From Chloroflexota bacterium (GTDB taxonomy: Bacteria > Chloroflexota > Dehalococcoidia > UBA2979): 64,000 nucleotides of DNA. The DNA is taken from the NCBI GenBank assembly GCA_027593235.1, contig JAQCIU010000002.1, forward strand, positions 32,001 through 96,000, given 5' to 3'. The notes under the pieces are model-generated. The model did no database searches and was not told the origin of the DNA. It worked only from the letters and a program-made list of their open reading frames with translations. Positions 1 to 8,891 of the stretch are shown in pieces. Position 1 is the stretch's first letter. Each line of letters begins with the position of its first letter. Made by a program: the position numbers and the translations under genes.

Positions 1-99
1 CGTGGAAGCGGGCGAATGCTAGCGCATCTACGTTCCTGACGATCTGACGGCAAATCGTCCACGCCTGAAGTTCCATGCCAGTCCCACCGACGATCCTGT

Positions 100-315
100 A
101 TGTGGTTTCGACGGAAGCCCGTACCGCCCGAAGAGTCCCCACGCGCGTGGGTCGACCGCCGTGCGCCGATTCGCTGGTGCGCCACCTGCCGCACTGGCGC
201 CGGCCCATTCGTCTACCTGGAGAACGGGAAGCACTACTGCCGGCCCTGCGCGTTGCGGGCGTTCAAGGTGATGCGGTTGCGCCCCGGCGGTCGGCGCTCG
301 GATGACGTTGCCTAG
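100..315 (+). CDS. small hypothetical protein with two CxxC motifs (possible zinc finger)
   Basis: 71-aa ORF containing CATC...YCRPC; its end overlaps the start of the next + gene. Confidence 0.5.
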   Translation: MWFRRKPVPPEESPRAWVDRRAPIRWCATCRTGAGPFVYLENGKHYCRPCALRAFKVMRLRPGGRRSDDVA

Positions 316-705
316 CCGCCGCGGCGCCTTCGTCGCCTTCGCCGTCGCGATCCTGCTCGCTGTCCTCGTCGCACCATCGGCCGCGGTCGCCGCGACGACG
401 ACCTCGCTCCGCATCGGCACCTCGGTGCAGGGCCGCCCGATCGAGGTCGCCTGTCTCGGCTCCGGCGATCAGACGGTGATCGTCGTCGGTGGCCTCCACA
501 CCGGCCCCGAGGCCCATTCGAGCGATCTCGTCCTCGAGCTGGCGCGCCTCGCCTGGGCGGGCGCCCTCGACATTCCAGGCGACGCGCAGCTCTGCCTGAT
601 CCCCACGCTCAACCCGGACGGCGCCGCGCGCGGTACGCGCACCAACGCCCGCGGCGTCGATCTCAATCGCAACTGGCCGTCCGCGAACTGGACCGCCACC
701 GCCTT
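302..705 (+). pseudogene. 3'-truncated secreted M14-family zinc carboxypeptidase (MpaA-like)
   Basis: Signal peptide, GxSVQGRPI, GGLHTGPE, IPTLNPDG, RTNARGVDLNRNWP; recognisable sequence stops near 705 and the frame then reads the antisense of another gene until 991. Confidence 0.7.
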
Positions 706-898
706 GTCCGTCAGTCGAACTCGCCCCCGCGCCGCCGTCCGCGCCTGCGTCGCCTGGTACCGACACCCCGTCGTCGCCCGGCCTCGTGGTGACCGTCCAC
801 ACGGCGAGGATCATCACAAGGATCAACAGGGCCGTCACCGCGAGCGCACGGCGGGTCAGCCCCCGCTCTGCGAGGAACATCAAAAGCCTGGCGAACAC
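700..898 (-). pseudogene. 5' fragment of a membrane-anchored protein
   Basis: GTG start with upstream purine-rich RBS, hydrophobic helix ALAVTALLILVMILAVWTV and Gly/Ala linker; the frame then reads the antisense of the M14 gene. Confidence 0.5.
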
Positions 899-1028
899 GC
901 GGCAGCCCTTTCACGAGAAAACACGGGGTTACCGCCTGCGCCGGAACCTAGCACGCGGGAATGGGCCATCAGGTGTGCGCGTGCTGACTGAACGAAAACG
1001 AGAGTCTCTCGAAGAGCGCCCTTCAATC

Positions 1029-1215
1029 TCACGTCGTCGCCTGAGCTGGAACCACCTCCGCGCTGCCTCGCCTGAGTGCGCGCATTGCCGCCTCGATGAC
1101 CTGCCTGCCCGTCTGCTGGATCGCCTGAGCGCGGAACGGAACTGGCGGCTCTCCTCGCATCCCTGGAACGTTCGCCACTGCAAACAACGGGGACGTCAAC
1201 TCCGGACAACGTGCG
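1029..1215 (-). pseudogene. possible C-terminal remnant of a short-chain dehydrogenase
   Basis: Translation ...RCPELTSPLFAVANVPG...QTGRQVIEAAMRALRRGSAEVVP resembles an SDR C-terminus; no matching N-terminus. Confidence 0.3.
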
Positions 1216-1479
1216 TTGTGCGACCGTCGGCGGGCCTGTGCTTCTGAACCGGCAACCGTGCGCGGATCGCCGGGACTCGGCAGCGGTTGGGCGAAGCGCT
1301 CCCGAAACGACGTGGCAGCGCCGGCTGCTTTTTCGGACGCTCGCAAGCATCGTGGCTGCGACCGATCGATTGCTGTTGGGATCGAGGTCGGCGCCGCGCA
1401 GCTGGCGCTCGAAATCCAGCCCGATGCGATCACGCAAAGAGGAGGCGAGCCAGCCGAGCGGCGGACTGAGAGTGTGAGT

Positions 1480-1555
1480 TGGCTCCCCGACGTGGACTCG
1501 AACCACGAACCTACCGGTTAACAGCCGGTCGCTCTACCGATTGAGCTATCGGGGA
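1480..1555 (-). tRNA. tRNA-Asn (GTT)
   Basis: Reverse complement TCCCCGATAGCTCAATCGGTAGAGCGACCGGCTGTTAACCGGTAGGTTCGTGGTTCGAGTCCACGTCGGGGAGCCA; cloverleaf with encoded CCA. Confidence 0.97.
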
Positions 1556-1639
1556 TCACTGCCGATCAGTCTGGCAAGGCATCGGTGTCTGCGACAAGGG
1601 GCGAGCGCCTGATTCCTTGGATCTCTGCAAATCGGGCGC

Positions 1640-1713
1640 TGGATGCCAGGCCGGGATTCGAACCCGGACTTAAGGATTCAAAGTCCTCAGTGCTACCGTT
1701 ACACCACCCGGCA
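1640..1713 (-). tRNA. tRNA-Gln (TTG)
   Basis: Reverse complement TGCCGGGTGGTGTAACGGTAGCACTGAGGACTTTGAATCCTTAAGTCCGGGTTCGAATCCCGGCCTGGCATCCA. Confidence 0.96.
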
Positions 1714-1769
1714 TCGGGGCGAACGCAGACGCCCCAAATCGTACCGGCTGATCCACCATTGGCGTATGC

Positions 1770-1795
1770 GGGCCCCACCGAGGGCCCCACCGAGG
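1770..1795. repeat. 12-bp tandem duplication GGGCCCCACCGA x2
   Basis: Read directly at 1770-1781 and 1782-1793, upstream of the tRNA pair. Confidence 0.8.
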
Positions 1796-1847
1796 CTGCC
1801 GCCAGCCTCGCTTACGACCGCACCAAACCAGCCGTCGAGGCCAGCCA

Positions 1848-1924
1848 GGCACGATCTCCAGCAAACGGAACGTAGCGCTGCCGGGCCTCCCAGGCTGCCA
1901 CCGTCTGTATGTATCCCGCGTCCG
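1848..1924 (-). repeat. degenerate second copy of the 3' end of the PPOX gene (matches 2552-2627)
   Basis: Manual alignment gives roughly 80% identity over 77 nt with one indel; both copies encode ...TVAAW...SATFRLLEIVP. Confidence 0.85.
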
Positions 1925-1996
1925 CGCCCGTCGTCGCCTAGGGCGCTCCGTTGCCGTCCGAGGCTGCTGCGGTGGGCGTGAGCCGAGTAGACCGAC

Positions 1997-2335
1997 TCAG
2001 TCGCTTGCTGGTGGGCGGCTTGATCTTCGCCGTGCAGGGATGGGGCCGGTCGAACTCAGGGCGGCGGGCGCGTCGTCAATCCCGACGAATCGCGGCGCTC
2101 GGGTTAATCGATCCGGTTCGACACACTCGACCAACTTGGATTCACCGCTCGCAAGCACGAGCCGGTATCGCCGTCGGAGCTGCGGAGTCCAGCCAACGGT
2201 GCCGGGGTGCGCGCCCTGCTCGATCGTGACCGTCGCTCGCCAGCCGCGCGGCCCCGATTGGAGGTCAAACTGCCCCCGTAGGAGTACTTCGCCCTCCTCG
2301 AGCGTCACGATCTCGGCTAGTGAGAACGCGCGCAT
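1997..2335 (-). CDS. hypothetical protein (about 112 aa)
   Basis: ORF from ATG 2335 (MRAFSLAEIVTLEEGEVLL...); TAAGCT -10 element 7 nt upstream of the ATG. Confidence 0.6.
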   Translation of the reverse strand: MRAFSLAEIVTLEEGEVLLRGQFDLQSGPRGWRATVTIEQGAHPGTVGWTPQLRRRYRLVLASGESKLVECVEPDRLTRAPRFVGIDDAPAALSSTGPIPARRRSSRPPASD

Positions 2336-2526
2336 GCACGCCAGCTTAGGGCCGAACGGAGCCCGTTCAATGGCCGGTATTCCACCGCTCAGGAGTTGTG
2401 ATCTTCCCAAGAACTACCAGCGAGCGTCGCGCGAGCCGGTGGGCGTCAGTGGCGAATCACTGGCGGCTCGACGCAGCGGTTACGAACGTCCGGCAGGGGC
2501 GCCCGGCGCGGAGGAGGCGCCCCGCC

Positions 2527-2946
2527 TTAGCCGGAGCTGCGGATCCGACTCGGCACGATCTCCAGCAGCCGGAACGTCGCGCTCGCGTCCTTCCAGGCCG
2601 CCACTGTCTCGATGTGTGCCGCGTCCGTCATGTCCCAGTACCGCGCCGCCAGTCGCTCCGCGAGGTCAAACGCGCCTTGCTCGCTCACCTCGACAGCGCC
2701 TTCGATCAGCACCCACGCCTCCGGCTGCCCCGCCGGGTTCGCGACGAGTAGCGACACCCGAGGGTCGCGCGCGATCCGGCGCATCTTGGGCGAGGTCACG
2801 CCGGTGAAGAAGCGTGCGCGTCCGTCGGCCCACTCGAACCAGACAGGAACCATCGTCGTGGGGCCGTCTGCCGCGCTGGTCGCCAGGACCGCGATTCGGG
2901 CATCGGCGAGGAACGCGTCGCGTTGGGCGTCGCTCATGGCTGCCAT
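2527..2946 (-). CDS. PPOX-class (pyridoxamine 5'-phosphate oxidase-like) putative F420-dependent oxidoreductase
   Basis: FLADARIAVLAT...DGP...VPVWF...SPKMRRIARDPRVSL; GGAGG RBS. Confidence 0.85.
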   Translation of the reverse strand: MAAMSDAQRDAFLADARIAVLATSAADGPTTMVPVWFEWADGRARFFTGVTSPKMRRIARDPRVSLLVANPAGQPEAWVLIEGAVEVSEQGAFDLAERLAARYWDMTDAAHIETVAAWKDASATFRLLEIVPSRIRSSG

Positions 2947-3006
2947 CGGCGCCTCCAGGGTTCTGCTGAACGCCCGGGCGGGCGTCATCGCGCCCGACGG
3001 TACCAG

Positions 3007-4698
3007 CTAGCCGCCGACGAGGATTCCTTGTCCCTCGGAACCGCGCGCCTGCAACGCGGACCAGGTCAGTTCGTTGCACCAGAACCAGTACTTGGCGGTG
3101 CCGTTCGCCGTTCGGTAGGTGTTCCCGTTGAACACGTTGTTCGCGCCGCCCTGGCAGGAATAGCCGCCCGGAGTGTCGTCCGCTATCCCGGACTGTCCCA
3201 GCGCGCCGAGGTAGGTGATGTCGTTGCCCTGCACCGTCACGTTCTCGCTGCGGTAGGTCCCGAATCGGCCCGCTCCGCGGTTCTGGTTGATCACCGCGAT
3301 CCCGTCCCCGCCGCTCGCCGCCACCGTCACCGTGTTCCCGGTGATCGAGGTCTGCGCGCTGTTCTGGACCAGAATTTGCGCTCCCCACAGCCACGTGTCG
3401 AATGCCAGCCCGTTGTTGCGCACGATGTTGTTGCGGATCACCGCCGAGTAGCTGATCTCGTGTGCGATCCCGGATTGGTCGTTGTTCTCGGCGAGGTTGC
3501 CCTCGTACAGCGTGTTGCGGTTATCGATATCGGTCCACAGCCCGCGGCCACGGTTGTCGTGCACGTGGTTGTTTCGCACGATCAGGTCGTTCGTCACGGC
3601 CCACTTCGTGCCGCCGGCTTCCCAGAACGGGTCGAAGCCAGAGATCCCGTTGAACGAGATCTCGTTGCCCTCGATCAGCACCCGATCACCGACGCCGCCC
3701 ACGCCGAGCTGGCACTGGTGATGAACGAAGTTGTCGCGCACCACCATGTCGCTGCGCGTGCGGATCCCCGTGCCGTGGTTGTAGCGGACCTCGTTGTCCT
3801 CGACGAGCCAGCCGGTCGCGCCGCCACCGGGGTGGATCGCGCCGTCCTGCGCGCGGTTGGCGTACTTCTCGATCACCAGACCGCGGATCGTCACGTCGCG
3901 CCCACCCTCGGTGAACGCGGCCGAGGTGTCACTCAGCTCGATCGTGCGCCCGGCCGGATTGTCCGCGACATAAATACGGTCGGCGCCGTAGTCGAAGTAC
4001 CAACGCCCCGAGGCCAGTTGGCCCGGGTTGGTCACCTGCCACAGCAGGTTCCCGTCCATGAAGAGCTGCTCCGGGTGCTGGCAGCCCGAGTACCCCTGTC
4101 CGAGGAACCGCGCGCAGCTTCCCGCCGTGCCGAGCTGCGAGGTCTGCCCACCGACAGACCACGCGCCGCCGTCCTGTTGTAACCCCTCGAGGATCCGCGC
4201 GCCGCTGAAGATCGCGCCCGGTTCGCCTTCGAAGACATCACCTGTTCGCGGGGTGATCTTCAGCCCGCGGTAGACGCCCGGCCCGAACCGGAAGGTCGTG
4301 CCCGCCGGCTGCGCGGCAATCCGCGCCGCGACGTTGTCGCTGGGTTGCAGCACCAGCGTCGGGTGACAGACCAGTAACAGCGGCCCCGCGGGCACCTGCC
4401 CGCCGCTGTACACCGCTAGGTAGCTACCGTTGACAAAGTCCGGCGCACCAACGAGGTACCCGATCGGGAACCCACCCACGAACGACCAGATCGAACTCAA
4501 AGCGCAGCCGCGTTGTCCGGCAACGGTCACGATCTCGTCGGTCGGCCCGCCGCTCCACGACACCAGCGCCAGCCCGCCGTTCGGCGGGAGGTTGCCGGAG
4601 ATCGTGCCGGCCGCCACCGCCTCCGAGCGGGGCAGCACGAGGGCGATCGTCAGAACGGCGACAACCGGCAGCACGCTGAGCAGCCGTCTTATTGACAT
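3007..4698 (-). CDS. secreted right-handed parallel beta-helix repeat protein
   Basis: Signal peptide from ATG 4698 (MSIRRLLSVLPVVAVLTIALVL); Asn/Gly-rich PbH1-like repeats (IEGNEISFN, VRNNHVHDN); the ORF-track extension to 5538 is antisense of the next gene. Confidence 0.85.
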   Translation of the reverse strand: MSIRRLLSVLPVVAVLTIALVLPRSEAVAAGTISGNLPPNGGLALVSWSGGPTDEIVTVAGQRGCALSSIWSFVGGFPIGYLVGAPDFVNGSYLAVYSGGQVPAGPLLLVCHPTLVLQPSDNVAARIAAQPAGTTFRFGPGVYRGLKITPRTGDVFEGEPGAIFSGARILEGLQQDGGAWSVGGQTSQLGTAGSCARFLGQGYSGCQHPEQLFMDGNLLWQVTNPGQLASGRWYFDYGADRIYVADNPAGRTIELSDTSAAFTEGGRDVTIRGLVIEKYANRAQDGAIHPGGGATGWLVEDNEVRYNHGTGIRTRSDMVVRDNFVHHQCQLGVGGVGDRVLIEGNEISFNGISGFDPFWEAGGTKWAVTNDLIVRNNHVHDNRGRGLWTDIDNRNTLYEGNLAENNDQSGIAHEISYSAVIRNNIVRNNGLAFDTWLWGAQILVQNSAQTSITGNTVTVAASGGDGIAVINQNRGAGRFGTYRSENVTVQGNDITYLGALGQSGIADDTPGGYSCQGGANNVFNGNTYRTANGTAKYWFWCNELTWSALQARGSEGQGILVGG

Positions 4699-4905
4699 AG
4701 GCCAGAGGCTAGCATCACCCCCCGGGTGACTGGTTAACCGTCTGTGAGCGCGCCCCAACCCTGGATTCGACTGCCCGGTGACGCTGGCGTGTGTCCCGGA
4801 CGAGGGCAAACCCTCAACACCCTCCCCATCGCCGCATGCGAGGATGGTCCCGACGCCACCGCACCGCCATCGGCGCGGAACGGCGCTCCGCGCGTGAGGA
4901 ACCCC

Positions 4906-6546
4906 ATGCGGGCCGCCGAACTGTTCGTCCAGTGCATCGAGAACGAGGGCGCACCCTTCGTCTTCGGCGTCCCCGGCGAGGAAAACCTCGACGTGATGGA
5001 CGCCCTCCTCGATTCGAAGCTCCAGTTCATCCAGACCCGCCACGAACAGGGCGCGGCCTTTATGGCGGACGTGCAGGGGCGGCTCACCGGCAAGGCCTCC
5101 GTCTGCCTCGCCACCCTCGGACCCGGCGCGACCAACCTCGTGACCGGCGTGTCCGACGCCCACCTTGATCGTGCTCCGCTGGTCGCCGTCACCGGTCAGG
5201 CGGGCATCAGCCGCCTGCACAAGGAGTCGCACCAGGTCCTGGACCTCGTCGCGCTCTTTCGGCCGCTGACCAAGTACTCCCAGCAGATCGTCACCCCGGA
5301 GATCATCCCGGAAGTGGTGCGCAAGGCCTTCAAGCTCGCCCAGACCGAGAAGTTCGGCGCGACCCACATCGACTTCCCGGAAGACGTGGCGAAGATGCCC
5401 GTCGAGGGCGTCCCGCTCCTCGCCCAGCAGCCCTATGACGGCGAGCCGCGCCAGGCCCAGCTCGATCGCGCCGCCACCCTGATCAACGCCGCCAGGATGC
5501 CCGTCATCATCGCCGGCAACGGCGTCATCCGAGGGCACGCCACCGACGCCCTCCGCCGCTTCGTCGCCGCCACCAACATCCCCGTCGCCAACACCTTCAT
5601 GGCCAAGGGCGTCGTGCCCTACACCGATCCGCGGTCGCTACTCTCCGTTGGCCTCCAGGCGCAGGACTACGTCTCCTACGCGATCGCCCAGGCGGACGTC
5701 ATCGTCACCATTGGCTACGACCTGATCGAGTACCCGCCCGATCGCTGGAACCCCAACGCCGACAAGACCATCGTCCACATCGATCGACAGCCCGCCGAGG
5801 TCGACAGTCACTACGTCCTCGGCGTCGGCATCGAGGCCGACCTCTCGATCACCCTCGACGAGCTCAGCGCGATGATCGAGGTACGCGACATCCCCGCCAT
5901 CGTCCCCAAGCTCCGCGAGCTGGTCCTCACCGAACAGGCCGAGGGCGGCACTCGCAACGGCTTCCCGCTCACCCCGCAGCGCGTGCTGCACGATGTCCGC
6001 GCCGCCATGGGCCCCGAAGACATCCTGATCTCCGATGTCGGCGCTCACAAGATGTGGGCCGCCCGCCTCTACCCCTGCCTCGAGCCCAACACCTGCATCA
6101 TCTCCAACGGCTTCGCCAGCATGGGCATCGCGCTCCCCGGCGCGATCGGCGCCAAGCTGCTCTTCCCGGAACGTCGCGTGCTCGCCCTCAATGGCGACGG
6201 TGGCTTCCTGATGAACTCGCAGGAGATGGAGACCGCGGTCCGCGTCGGCGCGAACATCGTCGTGCTGGTCTGGCGCGACGAAACCTTCGGCCTCATCAAG
6301 TGGAAGCAGATCAACCAGTTCGGCCGCGCCAGCCACGTCGACTTCGGGAACCCGGACTTCGTCCAGTACGCGCGCTCGTTCGGCTGGGCCGCCGATCGCG
6401 TCAACGAGGCCTCCGAACTCGCGCCCGCCCTCGAGGCCGCGTTCACCGCCGGTCGCCCCGCGCTGATCGACGTGCCAGTCGACGCCTCGGAGAACCTCAA
6501 GCTCACCGAGCGGCTGGAGGCTTTCGAGTTCGCTGGTGGCCTCTAG
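4906..6546 (+). CDS. acetolactate synthase large subunit-like ThDP enzyme
   Basis: FGVPGEEN, TRHEQGAAFMAD, TLGPGATN and the GDGGFLMN ThDP motif; GAGGA RBS. Confidence 0.92.
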   Translation: MRAAELFVQCIENEGAPFVFGVPGEENLDVMDALLDSKLQFIQTRHEQGAAFMADVQGRLTGKASVCLATLGPGATNLVTGVSDAHLDRAPLVAVTGQAGISRLHKESHQVLDLVALFRPLTKYSQQIVTPEIIPEVVRKAFKLAQTEKFGATHIDFPEDVAKMPVEGVPLLAQQPYDGEPRQAQLDRAATLINAARMPVIIAGNGVIRGHATDALRRFVAATNIPVANTFMAKGVVPYTDPRSLLSVGLQAQDYVSYAIAQADVIVTIGYDLIEYPPDRWNPNADKTIVHIDRQPAEVDSHYVLGVGIEADLSITLDELSAMIEVRDIPAIVPKLRELVLTEQAEGGTRNGFPLTPQRVLHDVRAAMGPEDILISDVGAHKMWAARLYPCLEPNTCIISNGFASMGIALPGAIGAKLLFPERRVLALNGDGGFLMNSQEMETAVRVGANIVVLVWRDETFGLIKWKQINQFGRASHVDFGNPDFVQYARSFGWAADRVNEASELAPALEAAFTAGRPALIDVPVDASENLKLTERLEAFEFAGGL

Positions 6547-6686
6547 CCTCAGTACATCTCGGTACATAAGGACGAGCGGGCCGCAGGACAGGCCCCGCGC
6601 CTTCCGATCCCGTGGGTCGGGCGATCCATCGGATCGGGTGCGGCTGTTACGCTCGATAAGACGCCATAACGAGCAAGGACGCCTCC

Positions 6687-6965
6687 ATGCCAACCGCCAG
6701 CAATAAGAGCAACAAGGAGCCGAAGGCGAAGCCCGCGGCCGCGACCACCGAGGCGAATCCCGCTGCCGAGGACGACTCCGAGGAGCCCGCGCCGCCGATG
6801 AACCGCGCCCAGCGCCGCCTTGAGGCGAAGCGAAAGACCGGGCGCAGCGCCCCCACGCGCGTCACCCCAAACGGCATGAGCGCCGCCGGCGACACCATGC
6901 GTCGCCAGGGCGTCAAGGGCGGTGGTGGCACCCAGAAGGGCACCAATACCCGCCGTTCCGGCTAG
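6687..6965 (+). CDS. small basic low-complexity hypothetical protein
   Basis: 92-aa ORF with AAGGA RBS and NRAQRR motif; fills the gap between two genes. Confidence 0.6.
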   Translation: MPTASNKSNKEPKAKPAAATTEANPAAEDDSEEPAPPMNRAQRRLEAKRKTGRSAPTRVTPNGMSAAGDTMRRQGVKGGGGTQKGTNTRRSG

Positions 6966-7004
6966 GCCCCGCGCGAACGCAACCTCGCCCGTTCGAACTG
7001 CTCG

Positions 7005-8330
7005 CTAACTCGCCGGCGTGTACTCCACCGGCAGCCGCTTGATCCCCGCGATGAAGTTGGAATTCAACCGCTCCGGCTCGCCCACCGCGTGCATGTCCGG
7101 GAACCGCTTCAGCAGCTCCTGGAAAATCACCTTGATCTCCAGCCGCGCGAACCCCGCGCCCAGGCAGAAGTGCTCGCCGATGCCAAACGCCAGGTGATCG
7201 TTCGGGCTCCGCGTGATGTCGAAGCGATACGGCTCCGGGAAGTGATCCTCGTCGCGATTGACCGAGGGGTACCACATCACCACCCGGTCACCCTTCGCGA
7301 TCGCCTGTCCGTGGATCTCCGTATCCGCCGTCGCAATCCGCGCCATGTGCGCCACCGGCGAAGTCCAGCGCAGGATCTCCTCCACCGCTGAATCGATCAG
7401 TTCCGGGTGCTCACGGAGCTGCTGCCACTGATCCGGGTGCTCGGACAGCACATGCATGCCGCCGCTGATCGCGTTCCGCGTCGTCTCGTTCCCGGCCACC
7501 ACCAGCAGCAGGCAGAACAGCAGGATGTCCATGTCGTTGAGCTGTTCGCCCTCGATCTCGGAGTCGACCAGCAGTGCCACCAGATCGTCGCGTCGGTGCT
7601 CGCGCCGGTCGGCGACCATGCCCATGAAGTGGCCGTACATCTGCATCGCCGATTGCTGCGTTGCCGCCTGCGCCGCCTCGCGCGTTCCGGCCTCTGCGTC
7701 GACGCCCGCGTCCTGCTGGTACTCCTGATCAGACGAACCCAGCAGTTGGTTCGTCAGGCTGAGCATCGTGTTCCAGTGCTCGCGCTCGATCCCCATCATT
7801 TCGCAGATCACCGCCAGCGGGAGCGGCGCCGCCACGTCCGCCACGAAGTCGCACGCTCCTCGAGGCGCAATCTCATCGAGGATCTGCGTCGTCAGCAGCC
7901 GGATGTGATCTTCCATCGCGCGCACCGCGCGCGGCGTGAACCCCTTGTTCACCAGCCGCCGCAGCTTCACGTGATTCGGCGGGTCGCTCGTGATCAGCAT
8001 CCCGTAGCGGGACGCGCCATGCGCCGCCTCCGCCATCGCCCCGCCGCCGCCCTCGGTGCCCAGGCTGGAATCTTCGTCCTCCAGCGGTTCCGCCAGCGTG
8101 ATCCCGCGACTGGAGATGAACAGCTCGGGCTGCCGCGAAACCGAGAGCACGTCATCCAGCTTCGTCAGCGACCAGAACCCCCGGCCGTTACTGGCGCTCG
8201 GTCCCGTCCAGTGCACCGGCGCATCGCGGCGCAGGATCTTGAACAGCTCGTGCGCCTCGTTCCGTCGAAAGATGCCGTCGTCCGCCAGGCTGATCTCGCT
8301 CGCCGAAAGCTGTGTCACGTCCGTCGTCAT
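7005..8330 (-). CDS. cytochrome P450 (CYP124/125/142-like)
   Basis: AGNETT I-helix, EEILR (ExxR), FGIGEHFCLG heme-binding motif. Confidence 0.95.
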   Translation of the reverse strand: MTTDVTQLSASEISLADDGIFRRNEAHELFKILRRDAPVHWTGPSASNGRGFWSLTKLDDVLSVSRQPELFISSRGITLAEPLEDEDSSLGTEGGGGAMAEAAHGASRYGMLITSDPPNHVKLRRLVNKGFTPRAVRAMEDHIRLLTTQILDEIAPRGACDFVADVAAPLPLAVICEMMGIEREHWNTMLSLTNQLLGSSDQEYQQDAGVDAEAGTREAAQAATQQSAMQMYGHFMGMVADRREHRRDDLVALLVDSEIEGEQLNDMDILLFCLLLVVAGNETTRNAISGGMHVLSEHPDQWQQLREHPELIDSAVEEILRWTSPVAHMARIATADTEIHGQAIAKGDRVVMWYPSVNRDEDHFPEPYRFDITRSPNDHLAFGIGEHFCLGAGFARLEIKVIFQELLKRFPDMHAVGEPERLNSNFIAGIKRLPVEYTPAS

Positions 8331-8435
8331 CGTCGTCCCTCGCTTCGCTCGGTTCCGTCGCCCACTGCGCTGTCGCGCCCCCCGGTGCCCTGCCTCGCCG
8401 CGCTGCCCGCTGCGCGGGCGCTGCCGAGGTGCCAG

Positions 8436-8636
8436 TTACCCCTCGTGCATCGCGATCGTCTGCTTCGGGCACAGCCGCACGGCGCGTTCCACCGCTTCGC
8501 GCTCGTCCTCGGGGATCTCGCTGACCAGCACCCGCGCCAGATCGTCGTCGCCCACCTCGAACACCGCGGGCGCATTTGCGGCGCAGACCATGTTGCCTTC
8601 GCACCGCTCGTGATCGACGGTCGCTCTGATCGGCAT
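8436..8636 (-). CDS. [3Fe-4S]-type ferredoxin
   Basis: CEGNMVC...APAVF...CPKQTI (CxxNxxC...CP); GGAGG RBS; directly upstream of the P450. Confidence 0.92.
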   Translation of the reverse strand: MPIRATVDHERCEGNMVCAANAPAVFEVGDDDLARVLVSEIPEDEREAVERAVRLCPKQTIAMHEG

Positions 8637-8756
8637 CGCGCCCCCTCCAGTCGGTCCGACCGACAGTGCCGGGAGTCTAACCGAGCAACGCACCCCCCGA
8701 TCGACCGATCGACGCCCGCGCCGCACTCGTCAGACTCGAACGCCCTCCCCGGAACG

Positions 8757-8783
8757 CGAAACGACCACCCGAAGGTGGCCGTT
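8757..8783 (-). terminator. probable intrinsic terminator with cUUCGg tetraloop
   Basis: Minus strand AACGGCCACC-TTCG-GGTGGTCGTT followed by a short T run, 28 nt after the peptide stop codon. Confidence 0.65.
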
Positions 8784-8810
8784 CCAGCAATTCCGATCGA
8801 CGGTCGAGCG

Positions 8811-8891
8811 CTACGTCGTTGCGATCGACAGCCCAACGATGAGCTGACCGACGAGCTTCGTGCGCTCAATGCTCGGCTTGCTGTACGTCAT
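8811..8891 (-). CDS. 26-aa peptide MTYSKPSIERTKLVGQLIVGLSIATT, possible RiPP precursor
   Basis: TAGGCT -10 at 8939-8944, GGAGG RBS, ATG, GC-type codon use, downstream terminator; YxxPxI motif. Confidence 0.65.
   Translation of the reverse strand: MTYSKPSIERTKLVGQLIVGLSIATT

Noticed and set aside
920-940. AACACGGGGTTACCGCCTGCG, similar to 9014-9035 of the tRNA-Leu att copy
   Set aside because: Only about 20 nt with a gap and a mismatch, and no T-arm or acceptor-stem match. Plausible by chance in a GC-rich 64-kb window.
4802-4815. GGGCAAACC resembling the start of a c-di-GMP-I riboswitch
   Set aside because: It forms only a small GAGGG/CCCTC hairpin. The GAAA tetraloop stem and the GACGCAAAG second stem are absent.
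3007-5538. 843-aa ORF, and similar long ORFs at 16118-18595, 25480-28095 and 39205-41181, as fusion proteins
   Set aside because: The extensions are antisense or alternate-frame shadows of neighbouring real genes in high-GC DNA. True starts are at 4698, 17723, 26817 and 39958.
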